Shown here piece by piece: positions 34,658 through 36,092 of a DNA stretch of 36,092 bases. Under the pieces are notes generated by a model, which saw nothing but the letters and a program-made list of their open reading frames with translations, did not search any database and was not told the origin of the DNA. Source of the stretch: a virus (taxonomy: Duplodnaviria; Caudoviricetes). Both the position numbers and the translations under genes were made by a program. How positions within the stretch are numbered: position 1 is the first letter of the stretch; every line of letters starts with the position of its first letter. The DNA lies in the IMG/VR virus record IMGVR_UViG_3300020045_013107, positions 1 through 36,092 of that record. One strand, 5' to 3'.

Positions 34658-35458
34658 CTAATCAAAAACCGCTATTGTTGTACATCTACATCTACAATCC
34701 ATTTCAGGGAATCCAAAATCCCCCGGATGTTTAGCTTTGTATTTACCAATGGTATAATAGCCCTCATTGTTTTTATATGTTCTGTCCAATTTATGATGTA
34801 ATTCCCTGGTCCTATCTCCTTTTGTAGCGAGCCACATTTCTTTAAATTCAAGCCCTTTATTCCTAGCTTCTTTATAAGCTTCATTTTTAGATTTGTTGAA
34901 TATCCTTGTTGTTTCTGTCCTGGAAATGTTCAAACTTTTATTTAAATCACCTTCATACATTCCCTTTAATTGTTTTGCTATTTTTGCAACACCTTGACCC
35001 AATACCAAATTACTACTAATAACTTTTATAGTATCTTTTATTAAAATCTTTCTATTTCTTTCTAACCTATCAGACAATGTAATTTTTTTTATTTTATGGT
35101 CAATTGCAGTTTGAATTAATTCATCATTTAAAAAAATCCCACCTAGATATATATTTCCCTGTCCCTGCATAAATGCCAATGTATCATAAAAACCAGTTTC
35201 GAATTTATCTATTAAATCAGTTATTATCATAGTCTGTGAGTCTTTATGTTTTAATGTAATTTTTGTTTCAATTTCTTCCTTTAACATTGTCAATCTTCTA
35301 TATTTATTCAAATCAGATATTTTAATATTTCCATCGCTATCACCGTATTTAATGCCCAATTGAATTAATTCGGCCTCTATCTCTCCATAAAGGTTTTTGT
35401 ATAAAGTTGCCAAATTACTTTTGATTTTTTCATCTTTTTTAATTACTTTATTATCCAT
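34658..35458 (-). CDS. Minor head protein (Mu gpF / SPP1 gp7-like)
   Basis: LSDRL, ISRTETTR, W.ATKGDRTRELHHKLD and HPGD...CRCRCT. Start at ATG 35458 after GGTGG. Confidence 0.88.
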   Translation of the reverse strand: MDNKVIKKDEKIKSNLATLYKNLYGEIEAELIQLGIKYGDSDGNIKISDLNKYRRLTMLKEEIETKITLKHKDSQTMIITDLIDKFETGFYDTLAFMQGQGNIYLGGIFLNDELIQTAIDHKIKKITLSDRLERNRKILIKDTIKVISSNLVLGQGVAKIAKQLKGMYEGDLNKSLNISRTETTRIFNKSKNEAYKEARNKGLEFKEMWLATKGDRTRELHHKLDRTYKNNEGYYTIGKYKAKHPGDFGFPEMDCRCRCTTIAVFD

Positions 35459-35546
35459 GTAACCCACCAACATTTTTATATTTATTGTAATTTGCATGTA
35501 CTGATATAAATTCGTTATGTCCAGCCTCAATAAAAATATTATTCAT
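35451..35546 (-). pseudogene. Relic of an N-acetylmuramoyl-L-alanine amidase (Amidase_3) endolysin
   Basis: MNNIFIEAGHN-EFISVHANYNKYKNVGGLHG*: the IxIDAGH and FISxHAN zinc-ligand motifs are fused; lies directly after the holin-like genes. Confidence 0.75.
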
Positions 35547-35703
35547 TTTTATTTCCCCCATTTGGATTTATATATCCAGCAACATATCCCAAGACAGTCA
35601 AGACTATTGTTATAACTGTGTTCTCGCTTATTTTATCCAAGCACGCCATCACTGCAATTGCAATTATACATATACCAAAAATTATAGATTGTGCTTTAGT
35701 CAT
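35539..35703 (-). CDS. Putative holin, 2 TM, 54 aa (not in ORF track)
   Basis: GGAGG RBS and ATGA overlap: MTKAQSIIFGICIIAIAVMACLDKISENTVITIVLTVLGYVAGYINPNGGNKNE. Confidence 0.7.
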   Translation of the reverse strand: MTKAQSIIFGICIIAIAVMACLDKISENTVITIVLTVLGYVAGYINPNGGNKNE

Positions 35704-35987
35704 CTTGTACCTCCAGAAGCTATAAAAAATATTAAGTATCCAGCACTAGACAATATTAAAAATAAAATTGATACCAAATTAGTTATCAATAAATTATTAA
35801 ATTTACCCATTTTGCTATCTAAAGATTCAACTTTTTTTTCAATATTTATTATACTATTACCTTGTAACTCTGTTTTAGTGCCAATTATTCGCAAATTTTC
35901 CTCCACTTTATCTATTCTTGATTCAAATTTTTTAAGTTTTTCATCAAGAAAATTAATTCGATCCGTTTTGTTACATTCATGTTCCAT
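35700..35987 (-). CDS. XhlA-like lysis-cassette membrane protein
   Basis: Coiled coil (RIDKVEE...IINIEKKVESL) plus a C-terminal TM; GGAGG RBS. Confidence 0.72.
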   Translation of the reverse strand: MEHECNKTDRINFLDEKLKKFESRIDKVEENLRIIGTKTELQGNSIINIEKKVESLDSKMGKFNNLLITNLVSILFLILSSAGYLIFFIASGGTR

Positions 35988-36092
35988 CTTAAAAATTTCC
36001 TCCGATTTATTGTAAAATTTTTCGGAATGTTATATATTCATATTACACTTTAGTATTATCCGATTTAATTCTAAAGTAGTGGGAATAGAAAA
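35972..36092. repeat. Terminal direct repeat, right copy
   Basis: Identical to nt 1-121. Confidence 0.97.

Noticed and set aside
34658-35530. Longer 290-aa version of the minor head protein
   Set aside because: The TTG-initiated extension lacks an RBS and overlaps the amidase relic; ATG 35458 has a proper GGTGG RBS.
35972-36092. 121-bp terminal repeat as a biological DTR or att site
   Set aside because: It is exact, odd-length and cuts through a gene start, as expected for an assembler overlap on a circular contig. A PBSX-type terminase implies headful packaging.
1-36092. Stop-codon reassignment
   Set aside because: Core genes are full length under the standard bacterial code and end in TAA, TAG and TGA.

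Overview
The window is a complete, circularly permuted, very AT-rich siphovirus-type genome of 35,971 bp; nt 1-121 are repeated exactly at 35972-36092. Promoters, RBSs and gene families point to a low-GC Bacillota (Clostridia-like) host. It encodes PBSX-type terminase, SPP1-type portal, minor head, scaffold and capsid proteins, a head/neck fibre block, a non-contractile tail, a primase-helicase, a phage initiator, a Rad52-like annealing protein and RusA. I found no integrase, no CI-type repressor and no intact endolysin. Instead, a plasmid-type Rep_3 initiator with tandem DnaA boxes and 22-bp iterons sits inside the head module, so this looks like a phage-plasmid. The most unusual observations are: (1) the endolysin is reduced to a 31-codon amidase relic behind two intact holin-like genes; (2) a divergent operon encodes RHH, YdjM-like, membrane-anchored FtsK/SpoIIIE motor, PD-(D/E)XK nuclease and RinA-like proteins, and a separate multi-TM protein ends in a winged-helix domain; (3) two origin-like regions share the motif CATTTGCCC-N4-GGCA; (4) a candidate antisense RNA lies over the initiator leader; (5) a tRNA-like RNA lies upstream of terS; (6) a 906-aa fibre-like protein has a 21-aa repeat. 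All family assignments come from reading motifs by eye, not from database searches.
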